DNA of 64,000 nt from Macrostomum lignano. Its lineage: Eukaryota. This document shows, piece by piece, positions 1 to 10,295 of this stretch. Numbering within the stretch: position 1 is the first letter of the stretch; the number at the start of each line of letters is the position of its first letter. The stretch is from positions 1 through 64,000 of the forward strand of contig NIVC01004003.1 in the NCBI GenBank assembly GCA_002269645.1, in the 5' to 3' direction. The notes under the pieces were generated by a model. The model was not told where the DNA came from and made no database searches. It saw nothing but the letters and a program-made list of their open reading frames with translations. A program made the position numbers and the translations under genes.

Positions 1-1254
1 CGCTTATATACCGGCAAGCTCTGGGCAGTCCGTACCAAACCCCGATCACCCCGTATGCGCGGTCGCACGGACGATCGATCGAAGCGTAAAATAAAACACA
101 AAATAAGAATTATCTTTTTTATAAAGCAAAGTTTTTATTTAATTTTTATCAAGATCTCAGCAAAAACTCCAGAAAATAATTGAATTCGTTGTAACAAATT
201 AAACAAAATGGTCGGAAAGATTTAAAAATATTTGTTAAGAGTAAAAATTGGCATTTAATGGCACTTAAAAAATGAGGAATATAAAAAATATTTGTAAAAT
301 TGTCAGAAAAGTGATACAAGCAGTTAGCTAGCTATCTATAAAATAGGACATTCGTTAAATAATCGTTGGAACGTCATGAAGGCTAGATTTAATTCCTGAT
401 ACTCTCGCGAGATTCTGCAAAAAATGGGCGAAAAGCTGGAGAGGAAAGTTCAGCTCAACGATTTAAAAAAATTCTTTAAAGCAGCAAAACTTCAGAACTG
501 GTCTTGCTTTGTGATTTACATTTAAGACAGTAATGCATATTGATAGCTATTTATAGCTTAAAATCATCGGGATCCAATCCGCGTTGAGGTATCGTCCCAT
601 CCGCGTCCTTCCGGTTTGCTTCCGGTTTATTTTAAGAACGAGTTTAAGCAGGCTCAAACCCGGGTGCAAACCGGATGCAGAATGTTAATTCACTTAGGGC
701 GTCAAGCGTAAAAATTCTACCTTATTAAAACAAACATTACATTACACCTGAAAAATCTGTCTACATTTTGAATTGAATTGACATTTTTACCATTTAAAAA
801 GCAAAATAACCGTTGGATTTTTTTTATACTTATGACGCAACGGCAAGTTGCATCAAATTCGAATATCACAGTCAGCCTCTGTGCCTTTCAAAGCAACACA
901 AAATTTTCCACCTTTATCGTTTGTTTAAATCAGGAAAGTCCGGCAAACACCGAAAACTAAACTATTTGTGTCTTAAATAATATTTTAAATACTTTCAGTA
1001 GTAACTGTAGATAAATTCAGTACGATACACCGTTACGCAGTTTCTAATGATTAGGGTTAGAATTAAGGATTAAGATTTAGGATGGGGTTATTTGGTTTGG
1101 TTAGGATTCAGGATTTTTCATTTAACTTACATTAATTCTTTAATTCAAATTGAACGCATCAGCAAATATGCGTATAAGCAAACACCGGACAAACGTGGAC
1201 ACAAAGGACAGCGATAAGAGGATGCGAACAGAAAAGGTGTGCAATACACAACAG

Positions 1255-1977
1255 TTAGCTTTTAATTTCTGTTTTGAACTCTAATTGGGGAAAGTAGAGA
1301 TGCTTCTGCAGAGTAACTACCCATTCGACTACCTGTCGGCCCCCTGTTGCTTGATTAACTTGATTAGCAACTTGCAGCAACAGGTGGTTGTTGAAGTCTT
1401 CGGACCGCAGGTCGGCCGCCATGATGACGTCACGGAATATGTTAGTGAAAATGCCGCCAGTTGAACCACTTCGCTCCGACCCCAGACCCTCGGAAGTGCT
1501 GTAGATGTACAGGCAGTCTTCCAGACATTGCACCCGAGTTCGCGGCGCCACAGGCCCACCCACTACTCGGCAAGCTTGGACAATAAAAATCTTCGGCTTG
1601 CCACGGAGGCCGGGACACTCGCGCACCTGACTGAACAAAGACTCCAGTTCGATTCTGTGGCCGTCTGTACTGAATATGCAGCCGTTATGGCCGTGGCTCA
1701 TGACGCACAATACAAAAACATCATGCTGCTGGTATTGTGTCACAGGCCTGTTTATAGCGGGCAGGTAGTGCGTAAAGAAGTGACTTGTCAGGTTGCAGTG
1801 AATTTCTACTTCCAGTCCCAACCTCTCGAACGCCTGTGTCAGCCCCGTCTCGTGGCTATCGTTCATTGCTCCATGCCTTCGAGTTAGACTCGCAGTGTTG
1901 AAGTTAACATTGTTTATTATAATTGCAATGCCTCTTGTGGGTCTGTCCATGGAGTATCGATTGGGAGGCAGCGGCAT
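1255..1977 (-). CDS. Caspase (peptidase C14), single exon, no recognisable prodomain
   Basis: The translation has the caspase motifs in order: YSMDRPTRGIAIIINNVNF, RHGAMND, FVLCVMSHG (catalytic His), LRGKPKIFIVQACR (catalytic Cys), and a p10-like DCLYIYSTSEGLGSER...QVVEWVVTLQKHLYF. First in-frame ATG is at 1977; the ORF track starts at GTG 2046. An in-frame stop at 2059-2061 closes the frame upstream. Confidence 0.9.
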   Translation of the reverse strand: MPLPPNRYSMDRPTRGIAIIINNVNFNTASLTRRHGAMNDSHETGLTQAFERLGLEVEIHCNLTSHFFTHYLPAINRPVTQYQQHDVFVLCVMSHGHNGCIFSTDGHRIELESLFSQVRECPGLRGKPKIFIVQACRVVGGPVAPRTRVQCLEDCLYIYSTSEGLGSERSGSTGGIFTNIFRDVIMAADLRSEDFNNHLLLQVANQVNQATGGRQVVEWVVTLQKHLYFPQLEFKTEIKS

Positions 1978-2630
1978 TGGCGGTGCGTTGGCGGTAGCGA
2001 TGGAGGAACGACGGAAGGAGCAGCCGCCGCAGTAGCTTCGCTCCACGGAGCCCCGTTCTCATCTCCAGCCTCAGCAGTGCTCCTCTGGCACTTGTAGCCA
2101 ATGTTCTAGCGTCGCTTTGGTAACTGTTTGGCATACTAAAATAAATGTTTTTTTGCATTTATGCTCCAAAATTAATTAGGATTAATTTTCAAATTCGTGA
2201 ACAATTCTACTAGCTTATTGCTCTGAAATCTTTTATTACGAGCGTACACGTAAATGGGTTCGGGGGCTTACGTTTATTGATGACAGTGGCTACTAAATTG
2301 TATCACATTGTCCACTACTAGCGTAGAGACGCTACTGTTCAAATAACTGGTCTTTGCCAGGGGCTTACATGCTTACGAAGCGGGTTGTACAAAGCGTGAA
2401 GTGAAAGAAGTTCCTAATAGTATGAGCGAGTTAGGTAATACTGACCCTATTTATGAAAATTTTCGAATGTCCTTATGACAAAAATCACTTAAGTTCGATC
2501 TTCTTTCTGCGTAAATCGACTCGAATAATTACATGGCTCGACTTAATGGACTCTTGCAGCCTACGCTCGTAAAAAATTACAGTCTAAAATATCCGTGACG
2601 CAGTTAAGTTTCCTGGAAGAATTGTTGCAT

Positions 2631-4050
2631 TTACCTCTGTTGGATGAGATCGCAGCAGTCCTGAAATTTATTGAACTTGGCCCATTCCAACGCTGTCATC
2701 TTGTACTCCCCTCGATGAGTCCACTCAAGCTCCGGAACTCGACTCAATTCCTTGATCACTTCCAGGTAATTTCCCCTAGCGGCCCAAATTAGAGGCGTGT
2801 TGTCGCAGAAGTCTTTGGTGTTTGCCTCGGCTCCGATATCGATCAGATGGCCACACAGTTTTGCGACCCCCGCTTGGCGGCGTGCGCTAGGGCGGTAAGC
2901 TTGCACCGGTCCTATTAGTAATTTGAGGCGAGGACGCAATAGGCGAGATGGGCCTGGACGCAACTTAAATCATAGTTATGTAAGCATCAATAAGTTCTTA
3001 CCACTTTCTTTACATCGGCTCCCATGCTATGCAGCAACTTCACCGTATCTGGATGGTTATTCGCGGCCGCGTGCATCAGAGGCGTCGAAAGAGAGTTGTC
3101 TGGCTTGTTGACTTCTTCGACCACGTTAAGATGCTTTATATGTGACTTGTTTGTAAAAATTTTAAGTAACTTATTGTTCCCTTGAGTGCTGGCCATGCAA
3201 ATCGGCGTCTGTCCAAGTGAATTTTTAGCCCGAATTGAGGCGCCAGCTTTCAATAATTTAACAGCCAGTTCGGGGTCTGCATCGCTTTTTGCCAATAGCA
3301 TGAGAGGAGTCTCGTTAGTGCCCGGCTCCACTTCTCATTCAGAACTTTGTCCGGCTCTTCCGCATCGAACAAGCGCTCGATTTCCTCAGCGGAAATAGAT
3401 TGCTGTCGTTTAGGAGTACTCGTTTCTTGTTCCGACTCTAGATCGGACTCATCAATTCTGCTTGCCCTTTTTTCTCTTTCCGAACGAATTTGTTGCAGCG
3501 TTAAAGCAAAATTGGATTCTCCTTCTACTCTTTCAGGGTGAATTGAAGATGCTGCACGGATAAGCGGAGTAGTGATAAAGCATTGCTCTTGTTTTTTCTT
3601 CGGATTAATTGACGACACTGGACGATTAGTGAGAGAGTCTTTGTCTGCTTCTTCAGTGTGAGCTGAGGTCGGTGCACCAATATCACAAAATTCTCTGTCT
3701 GATCCTTCAGTGTCAGCAGAAGTCGGCGCACCAATGTCACGAGATTCTTCATCTAATTCTTCAGTGTGAACTGCACTGTGTGAAGGAAGCAGTTGTCGTT
3801 CATTTCCTGATTCTTTAATTGTCTTAAACCGAAAAATCTGTGTTTTCTTCCAAAATCGCTTTCGGGCGGTGTGAAGGACCTTGAGGACGAATGCGCTTCT
3901 TTATTTTTTCCGTCTCATATTTTAAACTAGTAGCTTCAGAGGATTCAGACTTTCGCAGAATATCTTCCTCATGGACCCTTCAAGACGTCTTTTAGGAGGC
4001 TGCGTCTTCTGGAGTTGCACCATTGAGTACTCAAGGGCTTTGGCTGGAGC
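2631..4050 (-). pseudogene. Ankyrin-repeat gene with an acidic low-complexity N-terminal region, one intron and several frameshifts
   Basis: Ankyrin motifs: ETPLMLLAK, GQTPICMAS, STPLMHAAANNHPDTVKLLHSMGAD, NTPLIWAARGNYLEVIKEL, MTALEWA. A phase-0 intron GTAAGA...CTAATAG (~3001 to ~2904) joins GADVKKV to DRCKLTALAHAAKRG. One extra base is needed at the G-run near 2867-2871 and again near 3330 to link the ORF pieces. More shifts occur at ~3830 and ~3965. The 5' limit is uncertain. Confidence 0.75.
3650..3780 (-). repeat. 54-bp coding tandem repeat (about 2.4 copies) within the ankyrin gene
   Basis: The unit cttcagtgt...gtcgg(t/c)gcaccaat recurs at 54-bp spacing and translates as HTEELDEESRDIGAPTSA / DTEGSDREFCDIGAPTSA. 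Confidence 0.8.
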
Positions 4051-4390
4051 TGAGGCAGTAACGATGCTTGTTAAAGAGTGTCTTGCTTGACTTGCTCTAA
4101 AATATTGTGTTTTAGAAGCATGTTTGTTTAATATAATAAATGCCGGAAATTTTACTTTAGTAACGGTTTGACTATATGAATAACAACGTTTGCGCTGATC
4201 GTGAATCATTGGTTCTTCCAGTTGGGTTTCTTTCTCGAATGTTGTAATTCAAAAGCAACATTCAGAGTGTGAATTATTCAGACTTTGTTAAAAAGTGGTT
4301 TCTGTACTAGTTCTCTGTAGCAATTATAGTCTATAGTACTGTTTGATATTTGTTTTTATGCAGGTGACTGCCTGTGGCCAGGATTTTTTA

Positions 4391-4546
4391 TGGGAATGTC
4401 TGTGACACGGATGGTCTATGGGAATGTCTGTGACACGGATGGTCTACGGGAATGTCTGTGACACGGATGGTCTATGGGACTGTCTGTGACACGGATGGTC
4501 TACGGGAATGTCTGTGGCAAGGATGGTCTATGGGACTGTCTGTGAC
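4391..4546. repeat. 28-bp minisatellite, about 5 copies
   Basis: Unit gggaatgtctgtgacacggatggtctat. Confidence 0.9.
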
Positions 4547-5066
4547 AACGTTTGGTTGCCGGTACAGTCACAGTATTTCTCAGCCTAATAAGTTTTAAAT
4601 CGGTAAATGACCTTCATGGGTTTTCCGTGCCGTACGCTCGTACGATTCAAGAAAACAATAAAGTAGCTATAGAAAAAGTAAGCAACTACAGTAGCTAGCT
4701 AGTTTCGAGCCTTACCCAGCCACTTCGAAATACGATCTCCCTTCATATCTAAAATGGAGGAAAATAATGCACAAAGTTAAGAGTAAGAATAAAGTGCATC
4801 GATTATCGAAAACAAAAAATAATACTTAATATCTTCAAAAAGTCCTAAGATTTAATTAACAATTCAGATCATTTAAAGTGCTTTAAAGTCATAAATTGTA
4901 CAGCCTAGTCCTAAGTTAACCTATTAAAAATGTTTGCTAATGGTACCCTCCAAAACGTATGTTTAGATGTTGGCCGACTTCAAATGATCTAGTTTTACTT
5001 TAGTAAAACTGCTGCAATCAAGCAACGAAGCTTTAATGAATAATTTTTGATTCCCAAAAATAACTC

Positions 5067-5545
5067 TCACTGCGAAAGAAGCTTGACAAGACTGTTCTTT
5101 CCGTGCTCAACAGCGAATTTCAGGGCCGTAGAGCTGCTATTGCTCTCAATCGTCCAGTCCGCACCTGCATCCAGAAGCAGATCAGCAATTGTTACTGACT
5201 CGCTGTCCGAGAGTTCTGAGCTGGTTGCCACGCGCATTAAAGCGGTAACGCCGTCTTCAGTTCGCTCGTTCACGTTTACTCCTGCGTCAATGAGCGCTTT
5301 TATGACTTCTTCGTTGCAAGCAGCTGCTGCCAGCTACGTCGGCACAAGTTGGGTCAGCTTTGCTCATCAGAAGGCGCAGTAGGGATTCATTGCTCTGGTT
5401 ATCCTGGACGCACTGCCACAGAATCGTCCTCCCGTGTATATCTGGTAAGTCGCAGTTGCCAATCGTCAATTTTTGTTGCAGTGCCGATACGTTGTTGGAT
5501 TGGAAAAGCCGCATAAGCTGGTTTCGAACTTCTCCCTATGGTTTC
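5067..5545 (-). pseudogene. Ankyrin-repeat gene remnant
   Basis: HGRTILWQCV...LLRLLMSKADP, then after a frameshift near 5340 AAACNEEVIKALIDAGVNVNERTEDGVTALMRVA...LLLDAGAD...STALKFAVEHGKNSLVKLL. There is an in-frame TAG just after the upstream ATG (MKP*GEVRNQLM). Confidence 0.75.
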
Positions 5546-5659
5546 ATATGAGTTATGTATTGCAAACATAGCATTAATAAATGGTCCAAAATAGAGTCTT
5601 TTTAGCTAAACTATGAAAAAAACTGGGCAATGAATGCTTTTGGAAAGTGGCGTAGAAAC

Positions 5660-6045
5660 TTTTGGTGGGTGCCAATGTCTCTTGGTGGGCACCCCTCTCT
5701 CTTTTGGTGGGTGCCACTGTCTCTTGGTGGGTACCACTGTCTCTTGGTGGGCGCCACTGTCTCCTGGTGGGCACCCCTCTCTATTTTGGTGGGTGTTACT
5801 GTCTCTTGGTGGGCGCCCCTCTCTCTTTTGGTGGGTGCCACTGTCTCTTGATGGGTACCACTGTCTCTTGGTGGGTGCGACTGTCTCTTGGTGGGCGCCC
5901 CTCTCGCTTTTGGTGGGTGCCACTGTCTCTTGATGGGTACCACTGTCTCTTGGTGGGTACCACTGTCTCTTGGTGGGTACCACTGTCTCTTGGTGGGTGC
6001 GACTGTCTCTTGGTGGGTACCCTTCTCTCTTTTGGTGGGCGCCCA
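5660..6045. repeat. Composite ~20-24-bp minisatellite
   Basis: Alternating units tcttggtgggt(a/g)ccactgtc and cttttggtgggc(a/g)cccctct. This explains the many overlapping ORFs in the track here. Confidence 0.9.
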
Positions 6046-6549
6046 CTATTCCTGTCTCTTAGGCCAGTTGCTGCAATGCTCAAAAGATGGCAAAAGTTAA
6101 GCTCCTGTCATTGGTCGAGGTCGGTTACTTTTTAAATTAGTTTTTGGAGAAGTATAACTTTTTGTAGAGTGATTGGAGGAGCCACTTGGGGGAGGGGCCT
6201 CCCCACCATGGACTTCGCTGTGCGTACGCCATTGCGTAGAGTTTGAAGACTCAAACTTGAATTTTAATTTATTCTTTTTATCTATGTTATCTATTTATTT
6301 ACGTAACTTTTGTCTGTTTCAGGCTAAATGCACCAACCATTGCACAATGAAAAAATCCTATATAGTTAGAGCAGAAGTTAAGAGATTCACCAATTCATTG
6401 CTTATGCAAACGGTTTTAGTAAGCGGGCAGTTCCTCGCCCAAGACACAGTTGCTTGCCATTCACTGGAACGAAATCGTATGAAGCAGTTCTAAGACTCGC
6501 TAAATCGCTTTAATATTTGCTAGACTATTGAAAAATAATTACTCGTAAC

Positions 6550-7071
6550 TTACATTTCTATTAGATTTCCAATTTCCTCATTCCCGTTTTCCTTTGCAAT
6601 ATCGAACGCAGTTAAACCGTTTCGATCATTATTTGCAACAAAACCTTTCATTTTATAGTACCTTTGCTGCCGAAACAGGTGCAGCAGATGCTTCGCGCAC
6701 TTCCAGTTGCCCAGCCTTGCGGCTTCCATTAGAGGCGTGCGTCCCTGGTCATTTTGCTGCCACTTCCAGTCAAATGGCACAGCGGTTACGTGAGTCAGCG
6801 CGGTGAGAAATCGAAGGTTGTCACTTTGGGTTGCCAGATGTGCTGCTGTGTTCCCCTTTGCATCTATGGAATACGGGCAGCATCCTAGGTGTACTAGATA
6901 ATGTATACACTTAGCGGTCCCTGGGCTGCTGTTTTTTGATTCGGCTGCTAGCATCAATACGTTGCGGCCTTGATCACCATGCATCATCATCAGCTCCCTG
7001 CTAGCTAGTTGGCGAACTCTTTCGAAATCGCCTTGGATTACGTGTTCAGACAATACAGTCATGACCTGCAA
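6550..7071 (-). CDS. Small intronless ankyrin-repeat protein (173 aa)
   Basis: Uninterrupted ORF with ankyrin cores GRNVLMLAA, GNTAAHLAT, GRTPLMEAARLGNWKCAKHLL, GLTAFDIAKENGNEEIGNLI. Confidence 0.85.
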   Translation of the reverse strand: MQVMTVLSEHVIQGDFERVRQLASRELMMMHGDQGRNVLMLAAESKNSSPGTAKCIHYLVHLGCCPYSIDAKGNTAAHLATQSDNLRFLTALTHVTAVPFDWKWQQNDQGRTPLMEAARLGNWKCAKHLLHLFRQQRYYKMKGFVANNDRNGLTAFDIAKENGNEEIGNLIEM

Positions 7072-7491
7072 TTGAAAGTTGTTTCGAGTATTCTAAAAGC
7101 ATTTCTTGATTTTATGAGTTTTTACAATGCATGCTTATTATTGCTAAAAACTTTTTGCCATGAAACAAAACTAGACTTTGGGTGCAATCACAACTTCAAT
7201 TATTTGAGCTGCTCGTCTGGGCGCCCCAGCTAAATAGCTGTAATCTTCAACCATGCATTGAATTTAGTAGTAGGATACTATATCTCAAAATATCGGGATA
7301 GATTGTTCAAATTCTAAGGCAGTCAAGTTTAATTTATTGGCATTTGAAAGCTCTAAGGGACTGCAACAATTAGGCGGGCAGTTGCCACAATGAGACCATT
7401 GCCTCACCAGCTGCAGTGTGACGATATGCCAACGAAGGCTTTGTATCAGGGTTGTCCTCCAAGACCCTGTAATACAATGCTACTGTTGATG

Positions 7492-8070
7492 CTATAAGTA
7501 ACAGTTGCCAAAATGTGTATGATTTACCTTTTTTAATGGCCAAACGTAGTCGCTACAAAAGTAACTTGCCCGTTGACCATCGACCTCGCCAATCCACCAG
7601 TGACAAGAATCTACATTGTCGGTATGCCTGTAAAGTATCCATACAATCTGTCCCACAGTAAGGGTAAGCTCGTCATCATTTGTGGGAGAGTATGAGCCAA
7701 TCACAACGGCCAAATCATCATCGCGCTCAAAGTAAAACATTTCAATTGGTTGTGTGTGTCTATTTCCATTGCAGTAGAACGAGCAACCCGGATGTTGCAA
7801 GCTCAGATCAGTAATGAGCGCTTCAGCGCCAGCTCTCAACTGTTTGAAGTTACGGAGCAAGCGAGCTCGGATGCATCGCTCGAGACAGTTGCTCGAGAAC
7901 AAGCCCGTCTCAAGCGTCGACTCATTGCGACCTTTGATGTATTCTGTGTCAAACTTAGGCAACTCTGTGGATACGACAAGGTCTCCTGGACGCAAACTTT
8001 GGACTTCGCCATCTTCAGAAGCTGGATGGCTGCGCTTTGCTACGTAAGTGTAGCACTTAGTGTTACTCAT
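7492..8070 (-). CDS. Protein with two SH3-like domains, intronless
   Basis: SH3 #1: YTYVAKRSHPASEDGEVQSLRPGDLV...YIKGRNESTLETGLFSSNCLE. SH3 #2: AVVIGSYSPTNDDELTLTVGQIVWIL...WWIGEVDGQRASYFCSDYV. The likely ATG is at 8070 (MSNTKC); the ORF track extends to 8235. Confidence 0.7.
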   Translation of the reverse strand: MSNTKCYTYVAKRSHPASEDGEVQSLRPGDLVVSTELPKFDTEYIKGRNESTLETGLFSSNCLERCIRARLLRNFKQLRAGAEALITDLSLQHPGCSFYCNGNRHTQPIEMFYFERDDDLAVVIGSYSPTNDDELTLTVGQIVWILYRHTDNVDSCHWWIGEVDGQRASYFCSDYVWPLKKVNHTHFGNCYL

Positions 8071-9752
8071 GCTAAAAAAATTAAAAATAGTGGTTAAAGT
8101 CCTTTTTTTAGCAAAGCGCATTATCAAATCTAGATTCGGAAAAGACGGCACCCACAAGACTGTGGCGCGCAAAACTAATTCCCTAACACAATGGCTAACA
8201 GATGGAAAAGGTGGAAAGTCAAAAAATAACCCCAAGAAAAATTTGGAAAATTACTACAATTGTCGAGACGAAGGGCAGTGAAGAGCCATTGGATAAGCAT
8301 GGCAAAGGTTGATAGATGCAAAGTGATCTGCTCACAACGTCACGATCGCACGTAGATGTTTGATAAGAGAGTTGATAGAATTCTAATCAGAAATCCTATT
8401 ATGAGTTTTTAAATGTCTAAATGCTTGAATTGGAGCAGTAGCATTGAAACTAAATTAAAGGGAATTAATTAACAAAAAGTGAATAGTTATGCAAGACACT
8501 AAATAACTAAATATATTATAATATCATTAATAAATCAGACCAAGTAGAAGCATTTATATTGCTTAAAGTTGCATACAACTGCCAAAGTACTTTTATCATA
8601 TGATATAAATGATAATTAGAAAAATGAAAAATGAACTGAAAATATTAAGCGTTGACTTTGGAACTAAAATATTTGTAAAAATATACATAAGTTTATTTAG
8701 CTAACATGTTCACTTTGAATAAATAGCTTAAAACGCAGACAAAGCAGAATATTATATTTTTAAAGGCTTATACCACTAGTGAAATAATTATCACATTTAT
8801 TAGTAACAGTTTTTATTGCGGAAATACATATAAAAACAAGTTTTTAGTGCTGCTATATGCTAAATCACCATCCTACATGCATATTACAACTGTGGATACT
8901 GTCCATAAAATCAGATACGTAAAGCTAGAATATTTGTTCGTAATGATATTTCACAAACATCGTACTGTAACCTACCATTACACTAGCACAAATATAAATC
9001 TAATACAGACTGCACTTATAACTTTTTATAGCATATAAATTTTATAATCCTAATTATTCGTGATGTCCGACAGATCTTTGGAACTGAGGATTTGACTGGC
9101 AGATCCTTCCTTGATGTAATTTTATTTGAATCCGCGCTTAGCATACTGATACTATAGAAACGGAAAAAACTTCAGCGAATTAAAAAACCTACGGTTTCGT
9201 GTTAACCAGTTATAACAAGAAAAATTACTGGTATTAAGATTAAAGTGAAGTTAACTTTGCTGTCTTTTATAAACAAATTAAACGACAGTACAAACTTTTA
9301 GTCATACATATTAATTTCTTATATTTCTCTCAAAAATGTAAATTAAAGTACACATTTGTTCCGTGACGCAAAAAATAAGTGTCTATAAGATCTTTGCAAA
9401 CAGATTCACAGTTGTAATTTTCACAGTCAATGCTTGAAAAAACTCATTCTAAGGCTTTGAATCTTACTTTAATAAGATGAAAAGTGTACACTACGAGTTC
9501 AAATTCCTAAACGTAACACGCAAATGTACGGCTGTAACTCCATCTAGTCAAGTTTCGCCAAAAATTTTCTCTGCTAATTTATTCTCGGCGGTGAAGCATT
9601 TTGCCGCTAATTCGGCGACGAGACCGTTATACCCCACAATTGCGTATTTGTATTTTTGTACACATCGAAAGCTCGAAAATTAATACGTACAGGTATGTAC
9701 TCGCTTATGAATTGATAGCTACATGTACGGGAGTAATTATAGCCGAACCATC

Positions 9753-9927
9753 TGCAGTAACTGAGACGGAGGCCGTGTTTGCTGTGTAGCCGAAACTCTT
9801 ACTCTCGACGCGCTGGGCCCACATCTATATATTTATGAGCGCAGAGCTTGACTAGAATCTGTAGCCAATCAGACCGGCCGGGCGTACACGTTGCATGGGC
9901 TAGCATACCGTTCGTACGCACACTACA
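9753..9927 (-). repeat. 3' LTR of the Gypsy element
   Basis: Matches 14281-14481 and is preceded on the minus strand by the polypurine tract. Confidence 0.92.
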
Positions 9928-10295
9928 TCTCTCCCCCTTCGAATAGAGACTGCGAGACAAAAAAATCGATTTAAACGTAACTCGAAAATACAAAACTCGA
10001 AACTGCGATCATGCGCATTGAAAACGGATTTTAAAATATTGAGTGTTGCGTGTTTGAATGTATTGGGAGTATTCGCGCTTGGGGAGACTGTGGGCGCAGC
10101 CACACACCCTTTACAAGTATATTTGAGTTTGTCCATAGACAATAATTTATGCATGAATAAGAAACTAAAGCGGCTGGCTGCCACATTGAGGAAATAAAAT
10201 ACTTGAATCGATTTCAGCAGCGAAAATGCTTAAAAAAACTTTAGTCCGCATATTTCAGGAAAGAGTCAGTTTATGTCAGTCACTGGATTCAAAAT

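Noticed and set aside
1040-1110. Telomere-like TTAGGG sequence
   Set aside because: Only one exact unit in a degenerate patch; not enough to call an interstitial telomere or element end.
2964-3001. A 38-nt micro-intron joining the two ankyrin ORFs in frame
   Set aside because: It is formally GT-AG and in frame, but yields non-ankyrin sequence. The downstream acceptor near 2904 gives the consensus DRCKLTALAHAAKRG.
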